This document shows positions 54,518 through 64,000 of a stretch of DNA of 64,000 bases, in pieces. Positions within the stretch are counted from its first letter, which is position 1. Each line of letters begins with the position of its first letter. This DNA is from Epithemia pelagica (taxonomy: Eukaryota > Protista > Bacillariophyta): contig OX337242.1 in assembly GCA_946965045.2 (NCBI GenBank), positions 1,860,001 through 1,924,000 on the forward strand. The letters run 5' to 3'. Position numbers and translations under genes: made by a program. Under the pieces are notes generated by a model that had not been told where the DNA came from, ran no database searches, and was given only the letters and a program-made list of their open reading frames with translations.

Positions 54518-55400
54518 TAGAGCTGTGTCAAGCAACAGCTTTTTTCTGCTGGAGAACTCAAGCGCTTGAGCGCTTGAGCTTGGACCAAATTCAAGCGCTC
54601 AAGCGGCAGCGAACAGGGCTAACACGGGAAACTATGGCAATAGACTCATCGTAGCATCTCTAGTGAAATGGTAACTTGTCATACTACATGATAGGTGATG
54701 GAAAATCTATTTCGAAGTTACTCTTAAAAGATACTTTTCATTCCGTTGTCTTTGTGCGATCTCGTGGTGTAGCTTCTTCTTGCAAGAATAATGCCTTCTG
54801 ATTGCGTGAGCTTAGTTCGTTGCTGGGCACAGACGAAGAGCTCGTAGTGGGAAGTTGTGGAGAGATTCTTGTCTAATGATGAGTCGTTCCTCTTTTCAAT
54901 TGTTAGAGTCTAGCTAGCGGAGGTTGTGTAGTAGGCTTGTCGGAGACTTCGTCCATTTTTTCTCACTCCAACATGGTACAAATGCCAATGAACATTTTTC
55001 CTGTCCAATAATGGGACGCAAACTCCATCAGCAGCATCTTGAGGTATCTTTGTAACACATATTTCCTTGCCTTTGTGAATGACAAAAGTAGGAGGCCTTA
55101 CGTATTCTTTTTCCATGGATGACAATTTATTCTTCTCACTATCATCATTGTCATCTGTTGGGCCCTCTTCAGCCATTTGCTCATAATTTTCATCATCTGG
55201 ATGGTATGATGACTCATTGTGATCATCACTGGATGTCTCAGGAATTGTAGAAAGGCTGTTAGGGGCAGACGAATGATGGTTTGCTGCGTTTTGGCACTTT
55301 CCTCTAGTCTAGGTGCTTGAGCGCTTGAGCTCTCAAGCAACACCCTTTCTGTGCTGGAGCTCCTCAAGCGCTTGAGCGCTTGACGCTTGACCCAGCTCTA
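54518..55400. mobile_element. Non-autonomous hAT element / internally deleted derivative, 883 bp
   Basis: TIRs TAGAGCTG(T/G)GTCAAGC; perfect 8-bp TSD GCAAACAT (54510-17, 55401-08); CAAGCGCTTGAG subterminal arrays; short internal ORF 54910-55176 (-). Confidence 0.9.
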
Positions 55401-55864
55401 GCAAACATATAGCTGAATCGGAACACTATCAGGTTATGAGCTTCTTCTCCAGGCTTTATGGAACAAAAAGAACATGGAACGCGTTTTTGCATCTCATGCC
55501 AAAATTCGAAAAATAATAGGTCATCTATGGCCTATTCACTATATTCACTCCTAACCTTGGCTTTTGGCTATCGACGAGTTGTTCTTCGGTCTATAGACTT
55601 GACAGAGAGTTCCTTGGAGTAACAGAGCAAACGAATCACAATAACCAATCTCCCTACGACATGGAGAAAGTCGACCAGAGGCAGAGGGGTACGTAGCTAC
55701 ATCCTGCGTGTATCCGAGGGAGCTTGTCCAACACTTTTGTGATTCTGGGTTGGTTGGTAGTATCAAGGTGGTCGGAATACAAGGCTGCAATCACTGCACC
55801 AAGTCAATGTTCGTGAAGGAAAAAGATAATGTACCCCCGTGTGTCAATGCCCATTTGTCTCGTG

Positions 55865-57193
55865 TCATTGTCCGCTTTGTGTCACCACTGACGGCCGAGA
55901 TAACTGAAAAATAAAGAGAGTTGCTCCCACGAGAGCCATTTCCTCCAACGATGAGGAATGCAGATTGCGAGATGAATCATGATGATGTGTCGAGGACGAC
56001 TGGAACTCCAAGGGTGACACTTGACGCATCAGTTCAAAACCATAGTTTTGTGTGCCTTGTTGGACAATTCGCTCCTCCAATTGGTTTCTCTGTGCCTCCT
56101 TGTTTTGGTTGCTATTGTTGTTGTTGGTCTTGGTGGTGCCATTTTGTTGGTCGGCCGCCGACGACTGCGATGGAGGATTCTCTTTGGTGTAACACGCTCG
56201 TGGAACGTGCGAAAGAAGAAAATGACCCAAGACCACCGTTTCGCTCTGATGATTGTCCTTGTTGTCTTCATCAACGTCACCGTCATGGGGATCCGAATGG
56301 TGTTCTTTTCCCGCGAGGAGGGCATGTCGTGCCGATTGAAAAATGGGACCCAACATGGCAATGTCATACAAAATATCTGCGGCAATGACTGTATCAAAAC
56401 ATGACCAGGACAAACTGCTCTTGGTGGTGTTTTCCTTGGAACTACAAAGTGATTCGAGAAACGAAGAGGGTGACGAGGAGGATCCCCACATGTGTTGTGA
56501 AATTTGGTATTGGTCTTCCGAGATTTGATTGTGATGACAATTGCGTTGGCACAAGTCCAAGGCGGCTGGATCGGAATCGGTAAAGCACACTCGAGTTTTC
56601 ATTGTCGCTGCGGTACGACGATTGAGTGCATCCCTGTCAGACGATATGGCCTCAGGCCCATCATCACATGACAAAGCACGATTTATCGCTGTCGCCTCGG
56701 TCGTCCATGTCGATGGACGCAATAAACAGGCCAAACCCGCTAGGCCAGTGCCACTGCCCAACTCGAAAATAGATTTGCCATGAATGTAGGCATTGTAAAA
56801 CTCAAAAGACGACAATGCTGCCAAGAATAAGTAGGCCCCGGTCCAGACACAATTTCCTGTAGCATCATGGACACCGCTCGATAACTGCATCATATCCAAA
56901 GGAGTCAATTCCTCTACGTACTCCAACCAAAAGAAAGTGCGCGGGTCCAAAGAAGAGGAATCTGTTCTCCTGTCACTCTTGAGTTGGTGCGCATCGTTCT
57001 TTGTCTCGGTTTTCTCATTGTCGTCGTCGTTATCCTGGTCCGTGTGATAAAAGTATACCTTGTGTCGTTCATGTTGGGCAAACAAATTGAAATCCAACGG
57101 CAATCCCCAGTCTTCTTCCAGGACGCGTGGTTCTTCGACGTCGTTACTATTACCGTTATTCAAAGCGGCATCCTGGGTGGGAGTTGACGCCAT
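55865..57193 (-). CDS. Class I SAM-dependent methyltransferase, family 16 (METTL21/EEF-lysine methyltransferase-like)
   Basis: TGNCVWTGA, IFELGSGTGLAGL, FTDSD, VIAADILYD. Confidence 0.88.
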   Translation of the reverse strand: MASTPTQDAALNNGNSNDVEEPRVLEEDWGLPLDFNLFAQHERHKVYFYHTDQDNDDDNEKTETKNDAHQLKSDRRTDSSSLDPRTFFWLEYVEELTPLDMMQLSSGVHDATGNCVWTGAYLFLAALSSFEFYNAYIHGKSIFELGSGTGLAGLACLLRPSTWTTEATAINRALSCDDGPEAISSDRDALNRRTAATMKTRVCFTDSDPAALDLCQRNCHHNQISEDQYQISQHMWGSSSSPSSFLESLCSSKENTTKSSLSWSCFDTVIAADILYDIAMLGPIFQSARHALLAGKEHHSDPHDGDVDEDNKDNHQSETVVLGHFLLSHVPRACYTKENPPSQSSAADQQNGTTKTNNNNSNQNKEAQRNQLEERIVQQGTQNYGFELMRQVSPLEFQSSSTHHHDSSRNLHSSSLEEMALVGATLFIFQLSRPSVVTQSGQ

Positions 57194-57552
57194 GACATGC
57201 CGCCCTCATTTCTTTGTTGAGAACGAAAACAATGAATGGATGGCATCGTGTGAGAGTCTAGAAACGACCTATTAGCGACTGGAATAGAAAGTCTATGCAA
57301 CGCAGTTGTGATTCATGCCGTACAAAAGATAGCTTACCTCATTACCTTCATTGATGACGTTTAGAAGTCCTTCCCTTTGCTTGTCGAAAGTAAAAGAAAA
57401 AATGATAGTTGGGTAAACATACAAACATATATTTTCTAACTATGCAGGGAAAATGAAAAATGTAAGAGAGGGAAAGTTTGGAGGAGTCGCCCCCGGATTC
57501 TTGCGGTTGGACGTGCAGCAAGTCACAACAACAAGAAATATGGTATTGGGAA

Positions 57553-60500
57553 TCACTCCATCGGCGCAATGAGTTGGTTGATCACATGACCCATGCCATT
57601 GACAGCATCGAGACCATAATCTATAATCCTTGGCATATCTTCAGCGTAATTCCCAGCCCCTTTGACGTATAGGTCCGTCGTTCCCTCTTCGGGCCCAACG
57701 ATTTGAAGGCTGCCTCCCGCGGCCGAAGTCCAAAAGGCCACCGGTATGTTGGTATCGTGATCCTGGATGATGCTCACACGTTCCGCATCGGCATTGGATG
57801 CGGCATAGGCCATGCCGGGAACAATATGGTTCAGGAGAATACCTTCCAGAGCCGATCGGCCTTCCTCTGTATCACCAAACCAGAAATCTAATTGTTCTTG
57901 TCCCACTCGCTCGAATGCGTCATTCCTGGGGCAAAACACGGTCCACAACACTGGGGGTGTTTCTCCCAAGTACTCCAGTCTTGACAAGAGATTGGTGAGT
58001 TGGAGGCCATAAAAGAAAATGGACAACAATTCAGTGCTTTGAATCATTGTGGCCAATGAAACGGATGATGGAGGGTCATAGTGCTTGTTATCAATGACGG
58101 CATCCACGACATGAATGACTCCATTGGACCCTTGAATATCCCGGAACACAATTTGTGGACGGTTGTCACCCGCATTTCCTGAACCCTTGACAAAGGCCGT
58201 ATTTCGACTCGTTTTGATCACTTCCACAAAGGATCCCTGCAAGGACGTTTCGAGGGTACCATTTTTTAGGTCTTTGAACAAAAGCGCCTTTCCTGGAATC
58301 ATATGTGTCAGAGCAATCGATTTAAGAATGGATGGGTCTTCTTCGTTGTACAGATCTTTCAACACGTCGTAGCCAAGACTTCTCACGGCTGCATTGGTTG
58401 GTGCAAAGAGGGTAAAGGTTTGAGAGGGCTCCCCCAGATGGGAAAAGACCTCTGTTTCTCTCAAGGCCATACGGACCAGGGACAAATCTCCCATGACCAT
58501 TAATAACTTGCCCAAGGTCGGTGCTTCTTCCAGCCAAAATCGTTGTTTGCGGGAAATCACGGGAGATTCTAGCGCGTTTTGCGGATAGACGACCACCTGC
58601 CATCGATACCGGCCATAGGTGTTCAAGGACGCCTTGACAATGTACCCCACTCCTGCCTCATCGCCCGCGGAATTGGCAACCAAGTCAATCTCCGTCTCAG
58701 GAATCACAATATACCATTCATCATCATCCAAAGGGTCCTGTTGCTCTACCGACACAGTGATCCGGTCAATTTCTTGTCGTTGCCAAGCGACTGTAAACTC
58801 CAAATCGACCTCCAAGTTTACAACAACAGCGGACCGGATTGGAGAAATGGTTTGAATTATACCCGGAACCTTGACTGGAGCTTCGGGAGATGTCTCAATG
58901 CTGCTGGTGGCTGGATCAGGATCTGTGGGAATATTATCCACGGGTGGACTCGGAATGCTGTTACTAACAGCCAAGTCACAGAAGCTCACAGCACCAGTAA
59001 CGGTGGAACCAATCTCACCCTGTTCATCCAATGCCAATCCCACTCGATATCCCTTGACCATACTAAACGAGGCGTGGGCATCGTCGGGCAAGGCAATGCG
59101 TTGCAAACCACAGTGCTCGCACGTACTGGTTCCACCCGTACAACAGGTCTCTTGAGCATTATCATTCTTTTCCAACCCTTCTGGTACACGGTCCAAAATG
59201 TCATGCTGGGAATGATAGGGTATCAAAGCGCCCCAAGCTGTGAAATGATACCCACAGTCCACCATATCGGGACACTGACTGGCATCCAACAATTTCCAAT
59301 CCAAATCCAAGCGACCTGGAGTGGAGGCTGGTTCCTCGAGGCAATACTGAAATTGCCAATACGTGGCCTTGGATAAGTTGTAGTAGGCACGGCCGGGTAC
59401 GACAAAGTCGTACGAGCGAAACCCTCCCCCGGTTTGTTGCTGTGCACGATAGGGATGCAACGACCATTGTCCGTCACTCATCATGGTTTGTTCTTCCACT
59501 GGTGCCGGTTCGGAAGTTTCCTGCTCGTTGTCACTCATGGGAAATGGGTCGACGTCTTCGCTGTCGGCTACAATGCCTAAATCCAAGGCGTCTTCCCAAG
59601 AATCGACAAACCAAGGAGCTGCCAACAAATCGCCATTGCCATGAAGGGTAATGTCATGGATGCACCATGAACCTGTATGAATCTTGGTGGCTCCTCCTTC
59701 CGCCACGATGGTGTCACTCGCTTCCACGGATTGCAGTATCGAGGAAAACGAGAGAGTGCTCCAAAGCTCCAGTCGCCATCCCTTGAGACGCCGTAAATTC
59801 AAACTACTCTCGAAAGGTTCTTCTTCTTCTTCTTCTTCTTCTTGTTCGTGCTGTTCCGTCTCACTTTTGCTATCCTCTGCCTCGATGGTGATAGTGTTGT
59901 CTTCATAACCGGGTGGATCCGGAGGATGATTGCGCCCGGGGACGCGCAATCGAGGTGGAATGATATCCTTCCTTCGGATGGGTTCTTCTTCCTGCACAGA
60001 CGATTCTTGAGATTCCGCTTGTGATGTCGTACCATCCTTGGGTGCACTCGGTTCTGTGAAGGGAATGTTAGCACGCCTCCAATAGCTGGGATCGAGTGAC
60101 AATCGAACTGTCTTCCATCCTCCCTCCTGAGGCAAACTGTCTTCCACTCGAAATACTTTGGTGTTTTCTTCGTCATCTTGTGGTTCGATGGGTGGTGGTA
60201 CATAGGTCCAGGCTTGGTTCGGCTGACTGCAGAGCTTGTCGTGAGAGCACTCCTCCCAAAGAGAGAGTCGCCATTCCAAGTGAGGAGCCATCGTTTCTTC
60301 TAGGAGCTCTTGTTGTTGTTCTTGTTGGTGCGTTTCATGCCGATACGAAAAGGATAGTTCTTGTGCTCCATGACACGAAAAGACGGAAGCAAAGGTACGG
60401 CCCTCCTCGTTCTTTTCTGGTTGTGGCGGCAAGAGACTTTGCATCGAATACAACAAGGTGCGACCATCCTCTTCCTGGTCGGAGACGTGCGAAGCTTGTA

Positions 60501-60987
60501 GGTCCGACACCAAGGGATAAGAGGACGATGATGTGGTGGAGGAATACTCCACGCACAGCACATGGTTCGTGGTTATCGATGGCCCGCCGGACGATTCTTC
60601 TTTGGGAGGATTTGGAATCAAATGGGCATGCGCAATTTGAGTGTGACTGCTGCTGCGAGCATCAAGTTCAATCGCAAAGGGAGGAGGATCATAGGATTCA
60701 TTGTCGGTTGCAATGTAAATCCACTTGTCGGCCGGTACTACGGAATTGAACTGAAAGGATTCCAGAACATACGACACGAGCCATGGATCTTGTGAACTAT
60801 TCAAGGATCCTGATGACTTGGTTTCGGATTCCTCCTCGGTACGTGATGATTCTGGTGATTGTGGTTTTTCTTCTTCTTGATGGTTTTGTGGTGGTGATTC
60901 ATGCTTTGGAATTGCCAGAGAGGAATCTCCTCGCGTTCCCACCACTGCCAGAGAGGCAGCCACAAGAAACGCCGTCCACCGAATCAT
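57553..60987 (-). CDS. Secreted protein with two C-terminal fasciclin (FAS1) domains
   Basis: Signal peptide MIRWTAFLVAASLAVVGTRG; TLFAPTNAA...SNGVIHVVDAVI; TVFCPRNDAF...VNGMGHVINQLI. Confidence 0.88.
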   Translation of the reverse strand: MIRWTAFLVAASLAVVGTRGDSSLAIPKHESPPQNHQEEEKPQSPESSRTEEESETKSSGSLNSSQDPWLVSYVLESFQFNSVVPADKWIYIATDNESYDPPPFAIELDARSSSHTQIAHAHLIPNPPKEESSGGPSITTNHVLCVEYSSTTSSSSYPLVSDLQASHVSDQEEDGRTLLYSMQSLLPPQPEKNEEGRTFASVFSCHGAQELSFSYRHETHQQEQQQELLEETMAPHLEWRLSLWEECSHDKLCSQPNQAWTYVPPPIEPQDDEENTKVFRVEDSLPQEGGWKTVRLSLDPSYWRRANIPFTEPSAPKDGTTSQAESQESSVQEEEPIRRKDIIPPRLRVPGRNHPPDPPGYEDNTITIEAEDSKSETEQHEQEEEEEEEEPFESSLNLRRLKGWRLELWSTLSFSSILQSVEASDTIVAEGGATKIHTGSWCIHDITLHGNGDLLAAPWFVDSWEDALDLGIVADSEDVDPFPMSDNEQETSEPAPVEEQTMMSDGQWSLHPYRAQQQTGGGFRSYDFVVPGRAYYNLSKATYWQFQYCLEEPASTPGRLDLDWKLLDASQCPDMVDCGYHFTAWGALIPYHSQHDILDRVPEGLEKNDNAQETCCTGGTSTCEHCGLQRIALPDDAHASFSMVKGYRVGLALDEQGEIGSTVTGAVSFCDLAVSNSIPSPPVDNIPTDPDPATSSIETSPEAPVKVPGIIQTISPIRSAVVVNLEVDLEFTVAWQRQEIDRITVSVEQQDPLDDDEWYIVIPETEIDLVANSAGDEAGVGYIVKASLNTYGRYRWQVVVYPQNALESPVISRKQRFWLEEAPTLGKLLMVMGDLSLVRMALRETEVFSHLGEPSQTFTLFAPTNAAVRSLGYDVLKDLYNEEDPSILKSIALTHMIPGKALLFKDLKNGTLETSLQGSFVEVIKTSRNTAFVKGSGNAGDNRPQIVFRDIQGSNGVIHVVDAVIDNKHYDPPSSVSLATMIQSTELLSIFFYGLQLTNLLSRLEYLGETPPVLWTVFCPRNDAFERVGQEQLDFWFGDTEEGRSALEGILLNHIVPGMAYAASNADAERVSIIQDHDTNIPVAFWTSAAGGSLQIVGPEEGTTDLYVKGAGNYAEDMPRIIDYGLDAVNGMGHVINQLIAPME

Positions 60988-61496
60988 GTTGTCCTTCTCG
61001 TAATTGCACAGGACACAACCAAACAGGGGTGATGGTGGGAGATTGCCTGACTCCCAACAGCGAGATGAGTATGTTCGAATGGATGGATGCGGAACTGTCA
61101 ATCTCTCGAGATTTTTTCTTCTTTAGATACTACTGGAATCAATACGACTCTTTGGGTTCAATTGGCACCAAAGGATTGGGTTCGTTTTCGCACTTTCGAT
61201 GAAACAACAACAAGATACACAAGCAATGGTTCTCGATGCGAATTCATCCATCACAAATCAACGAACGGGCACATGCCGAAAAGACGGATGGAATGTTGCA
61301 GATGGCGCGCGAATCAGAAGCATGTCACAAAGAGTCGCCGAGGAATCGCTGGAAAATCGCACAAATTATGACATAGGGTAGAGCAGGTAGACTATATGAT
61401 GGGAAGAAAAAATATGGTGTTGGCATACCCTTGGGATCCTTTGCGTCTACATTACTCTACCTAGTACTCAATTGTTGGTTCCAATGCCCACTCTTC

Positions 61497-62190
61497 CTAT
61501 TCCATCGTCCTCTTATTCTGGTTATCGTCTCGATCCGGTACCAAGGACGACACATGGGCTTGCAATCGTTCGTATTCGGACAACAAATGAGTCCATCCAC
61601 TGCGTTCCAATTCTTGCTCAAGTTTCCGCAATCGTTTCCAGGTCAAATCGGCCGATGAGTGTCCTCCTCTTGTCGTAGAACTACCCGTAGTGAACTGTTC
61701 GGCGGGAAGGGTTTGCATTTCTCGCAACAGATCCACCAACGAGGATTCCGTTCGTTTGTCACCGACACGACCATGACGACACAAGGCTATCAGGACCTCG
61801 ACATAGGTCACGATGGTGGGTTCCAAGGAAACAACATCATTGGATCCAGTCATGGTGTGGTTGGTATGCTTCTGTTTCGTCTTGCGCATATTGGAATTTG
61901 ATTGTTGTTGTTGTTGCGCCGCCAAGGCTTGTTGTTTCCGAAAGATTTTTAGGGCTGTTCAAAATAATGAGATATGGTCAGTGAATGAAGAAGTGCGACC
62001 AATATTCAGAACCGGCATTCGGAAGTAGAAGATTCGACCGACAAGAGACGAGTACCATCTTACCATCGTTATTCCACAACAGAACAAATGAACCAATGGG
62101 CCGACCAAGTCTCATTTGGAGCAACGCGTCATCAACAATAACAAACAAGTCCAATACATAGAGAAACGGGATCCTATGGCATCCCATAAC
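61497..62190 (-). CDS. Probable 3' exons of a gene (PPR-like motif) abutting the second retrotransposon
   Basis: PTIVTYVEVLIALCRHG resembles a PPR motif. A phase-1 intron from donor GTAAG at 62063 to an AACAG acceptor near 61955 links ORF 61978 to ORF 61497. Confidence 0.35.
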
Positions 62191-64000
62191 TGTCGTCGTC
62201 TAAACATTCTGACAGGCAAGAACGGGCTGGACGACGATACATAGGAGACCAAGATGCAACAAGATCGCAAAAGATCTCCAATCTACTTTATCCAACGGCC
62301 GATGATCCAACGGATCACAGCCATCGCTACGAGTAGAAGTAAAGACTAAGCACACAACTTAACTTTGTTTTACACGGGTTGAGCTCGTTCTTGTTGCCCA
62401 CGGTAGCAGGAAAACAACACGCTTCCTCTGCGCTGTTACAGCTAAAACGTTGTCAATTCATCATCCACCATGGCCGCAAATTTTGCCCTTTCACCCGCTC
62501 ATGCCAACGCCAATCAAGTGATCAACTTCACGACGGCAGGAGGAGCGAAGTTTTACAAGCAAGCGATTCGTGGATTGTACGATAGTGGAGATCTCTACGA
62601 CCTTGAAGCCGACGGACTCAAGACGTTCCTTGATACTCTCCAAGACAGGATCGTTGAACAAAACTGGACTTCGATCTTTGCAATTCCAGAAGCGATCGCT
62701 GCCCCCGCCGCCAATCTTCGTTTGCTCACCAGCGAGTACGGTCGTGTCTCCTTGCAACAAGTCCGTGCCTATGTTGAACACTTCAATGGAGCCAATCGTC
62801 AGACACAGAATGCATACATGGCATACACTTGCATTATGGCATCACTTACCGACGACGCCAAGGCACAGGTCAATATTCGACGCGAAGACTTCACTATCGA
62901 TGGGCGTGGTTCCGGACCCCTTCTCCTCAAGGTTTTGATCTCGTTGGCACATGTGGACACCGAAGCCACCGTTATGGTTCTACGCCAACGCCTGGCTGAC
63001 CTTCACATCTATATTATGGATGTGAACGCGGACATCGCCAAGTTTAACTTCTATGTAGACGAGACGCTTCGGGCTCTCAACGCGTGCGGCGAGCAGACGC
63101 TCGACCTTCTACCGAATCTATTTAAGGCGTACGAAACCGTGAACGACGATAACTTTCTCGAGTTCATTCGTCGCAAGAAGAACGCATATGAAGAAGGAGA
63201 CAATCCAGGACTGACCCCGCGTCAACTAATGAGCGTTGCTCGCACCAAGTACCAGACGCTCGTGGAGCAGAAGAAATGGCAAGCTCTCTCGGCGCGCGAC
63301 CAGAAATTGATCGCACTTGAAGCATCCGTGAATAAACTCAAGGAACAGAAACGCAAGACTAACCCCACTGACCAGAAGAAACAGACAAGCAAAGGGAAGA
63401 CGGACAAGGCAACTGACAACGATAAGGCCTGGCTTACGGTGGGACCAAAGAGTGGTCAGTCCGAGACGAAGGAAGTCAACGGAAAAATGTGGTACTGGTG
63501 CAAGTGGCACGGAAAGTGGTCGACCAACAAAAACCACACGTCCGCAACGTGTAACGGACGTGGTCTGACAGGAGATAAGAAACGGGCCTACGACGCAGCC
63601 CACGAGAACAGCGATGATACCACGTCTGAGAACACGGGAACGAACCCAGGACTCCGCCTTGCTAGCGCCTTAGCCGGTGCTACCCACGATGAAGACGATG
63701 ACAGCGACAACAGCACCGACGAATGACAACCAAACCCGGGATGGTTCCCCGGGCTGCACGACGTGATCAAGCAGCTCGTTTACACAGTATTAGTGACGAT
63801 CCTTTTATCAAGTTACACTATGCTGTGCTACGGGCTATGGTGTCCTAGGTGCTACCACCTGGAGTCAGTCCTAGACTACGTCCAAAGGCTATGCGACTCC
63901 ATAGCGACCTCTCTCGCGACCAAAATCAAAGTGAAGAAGAAACGAAGAATCGACCATGGCCGGAGACGACGGAGAACTAACTATACAGGACTCCTCCGGG
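62191..64000 (+). mobile_element. 5' part of a second Ty1/copia (CoDi-like) retrotransposon, truncated by the window edge
   Basis: gag ORF; possible LTR starting TGT at 62191. The boundary is unconfirmed because no second LTR is in the window. Confidence 0.7.
62470..63726 (+). CDS. Copia-type Gag; the frame continues open after TGA to the window end
   Basis: GSGPLLLKVLI, LLPNLFKAY, and a WYWCKWHGKW...HTSATC knuckle-like motif. 91 further sense codons follow the stop in frame. Confidence 0.8.
   Translation: MAANFALSPAHANANQVINFTTAGGAKFYKQAIRGLYDSGDLYDLEADGLKTFLDTLQDRIVEQNWTSIFAIPEAIAAPAANLRLLTSEYGRVSLQQVRAYVEHFNGANRQTQNAYMAYTCIMASLTDDAKAQVNIRREDFTIDGRGSGPLLLKVLISLAHVDTEATVMVLRQRLADLHIYIMDVNADIAKFNFYVDETLRALNACGEQTLDLLPNLFKAYETVNDDNFLEFIRRKKNAYEEGDNPGLTPRQLMSVARTKYQTLVEQKKWQALSARDQKLIALEASVNKLKEQKRKTNPTDQKKQTSKGKTDKATDNDKAWLTVGPKSGQSETKEVNGKMWYWCKWHGKWSTNKNHTSATCNGRGLTGDKKRAYDAAHENSDDTTSENTGTNPGLRLASALAGATHDEDDDSDNSTDE

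Noticed and set aside
62395-62440. PBS or LTR end for the second copia (CA|CGGTAGCAGG or ACA|CGCTTCC)
   Set aside because: Neither is a clean tRNA or self-complementary match, and the LTR cannot be delimited without the second copy.
1-64000. CRISPR arrays, rRNA genes, prokaryotic operons
   Set aside because: No repeat-spacer array or rRNA-like sequence was seen, and the gene structure is eukaryotic.

Overview
Eukaryotic nuclear DNA with short GT-AG introns and a Pol III tRNA gene. It is most likely from a diatom (inference from CoDi-type Ty1/copia motifs and a bipartite plastid-targeting-like N-terminus). About 41% of the window (roughly 26.1 kb by my coordinate sums) is transposable elements. 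Five are complete with perfect target-site duplications: (1) a 7.1-kb hAT element carrying an endonuclease III/HhH-GPD DNA glycosylase cargo gene; (2) a 7.0-kb TA-flanked IS630/Tc1/mariner-like element carrying a SET-domain gene and two more ORFs; (3) a 6.2-kb Ty1/copia element with identical LTRs, an extra upstream ORF and a PBS that pairs with its own LTR rather than resembling a tRNA 3' end, inserted exactly on the start codon of a DEG/ENaC channel gene; (4) a 3.1-kb PIF/Harbinger element; (5) a 0.9-kb non-autonomous hAT. A second copia element runs off the right edge, and its gag stop lies in a readthrough-like context. Host genes include an FAD monooxygenase, an ankyrin protein, tRNA-Ser(AGA), a PPR protein, a TrmH/SpoU methyltransferase, a DEG/ENaC channel, a family-16 methyltransferase, a fasciclin protein and several hypothetical secreted or membrane proteins. 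All calls come from reading the sequence; no database searches were run.
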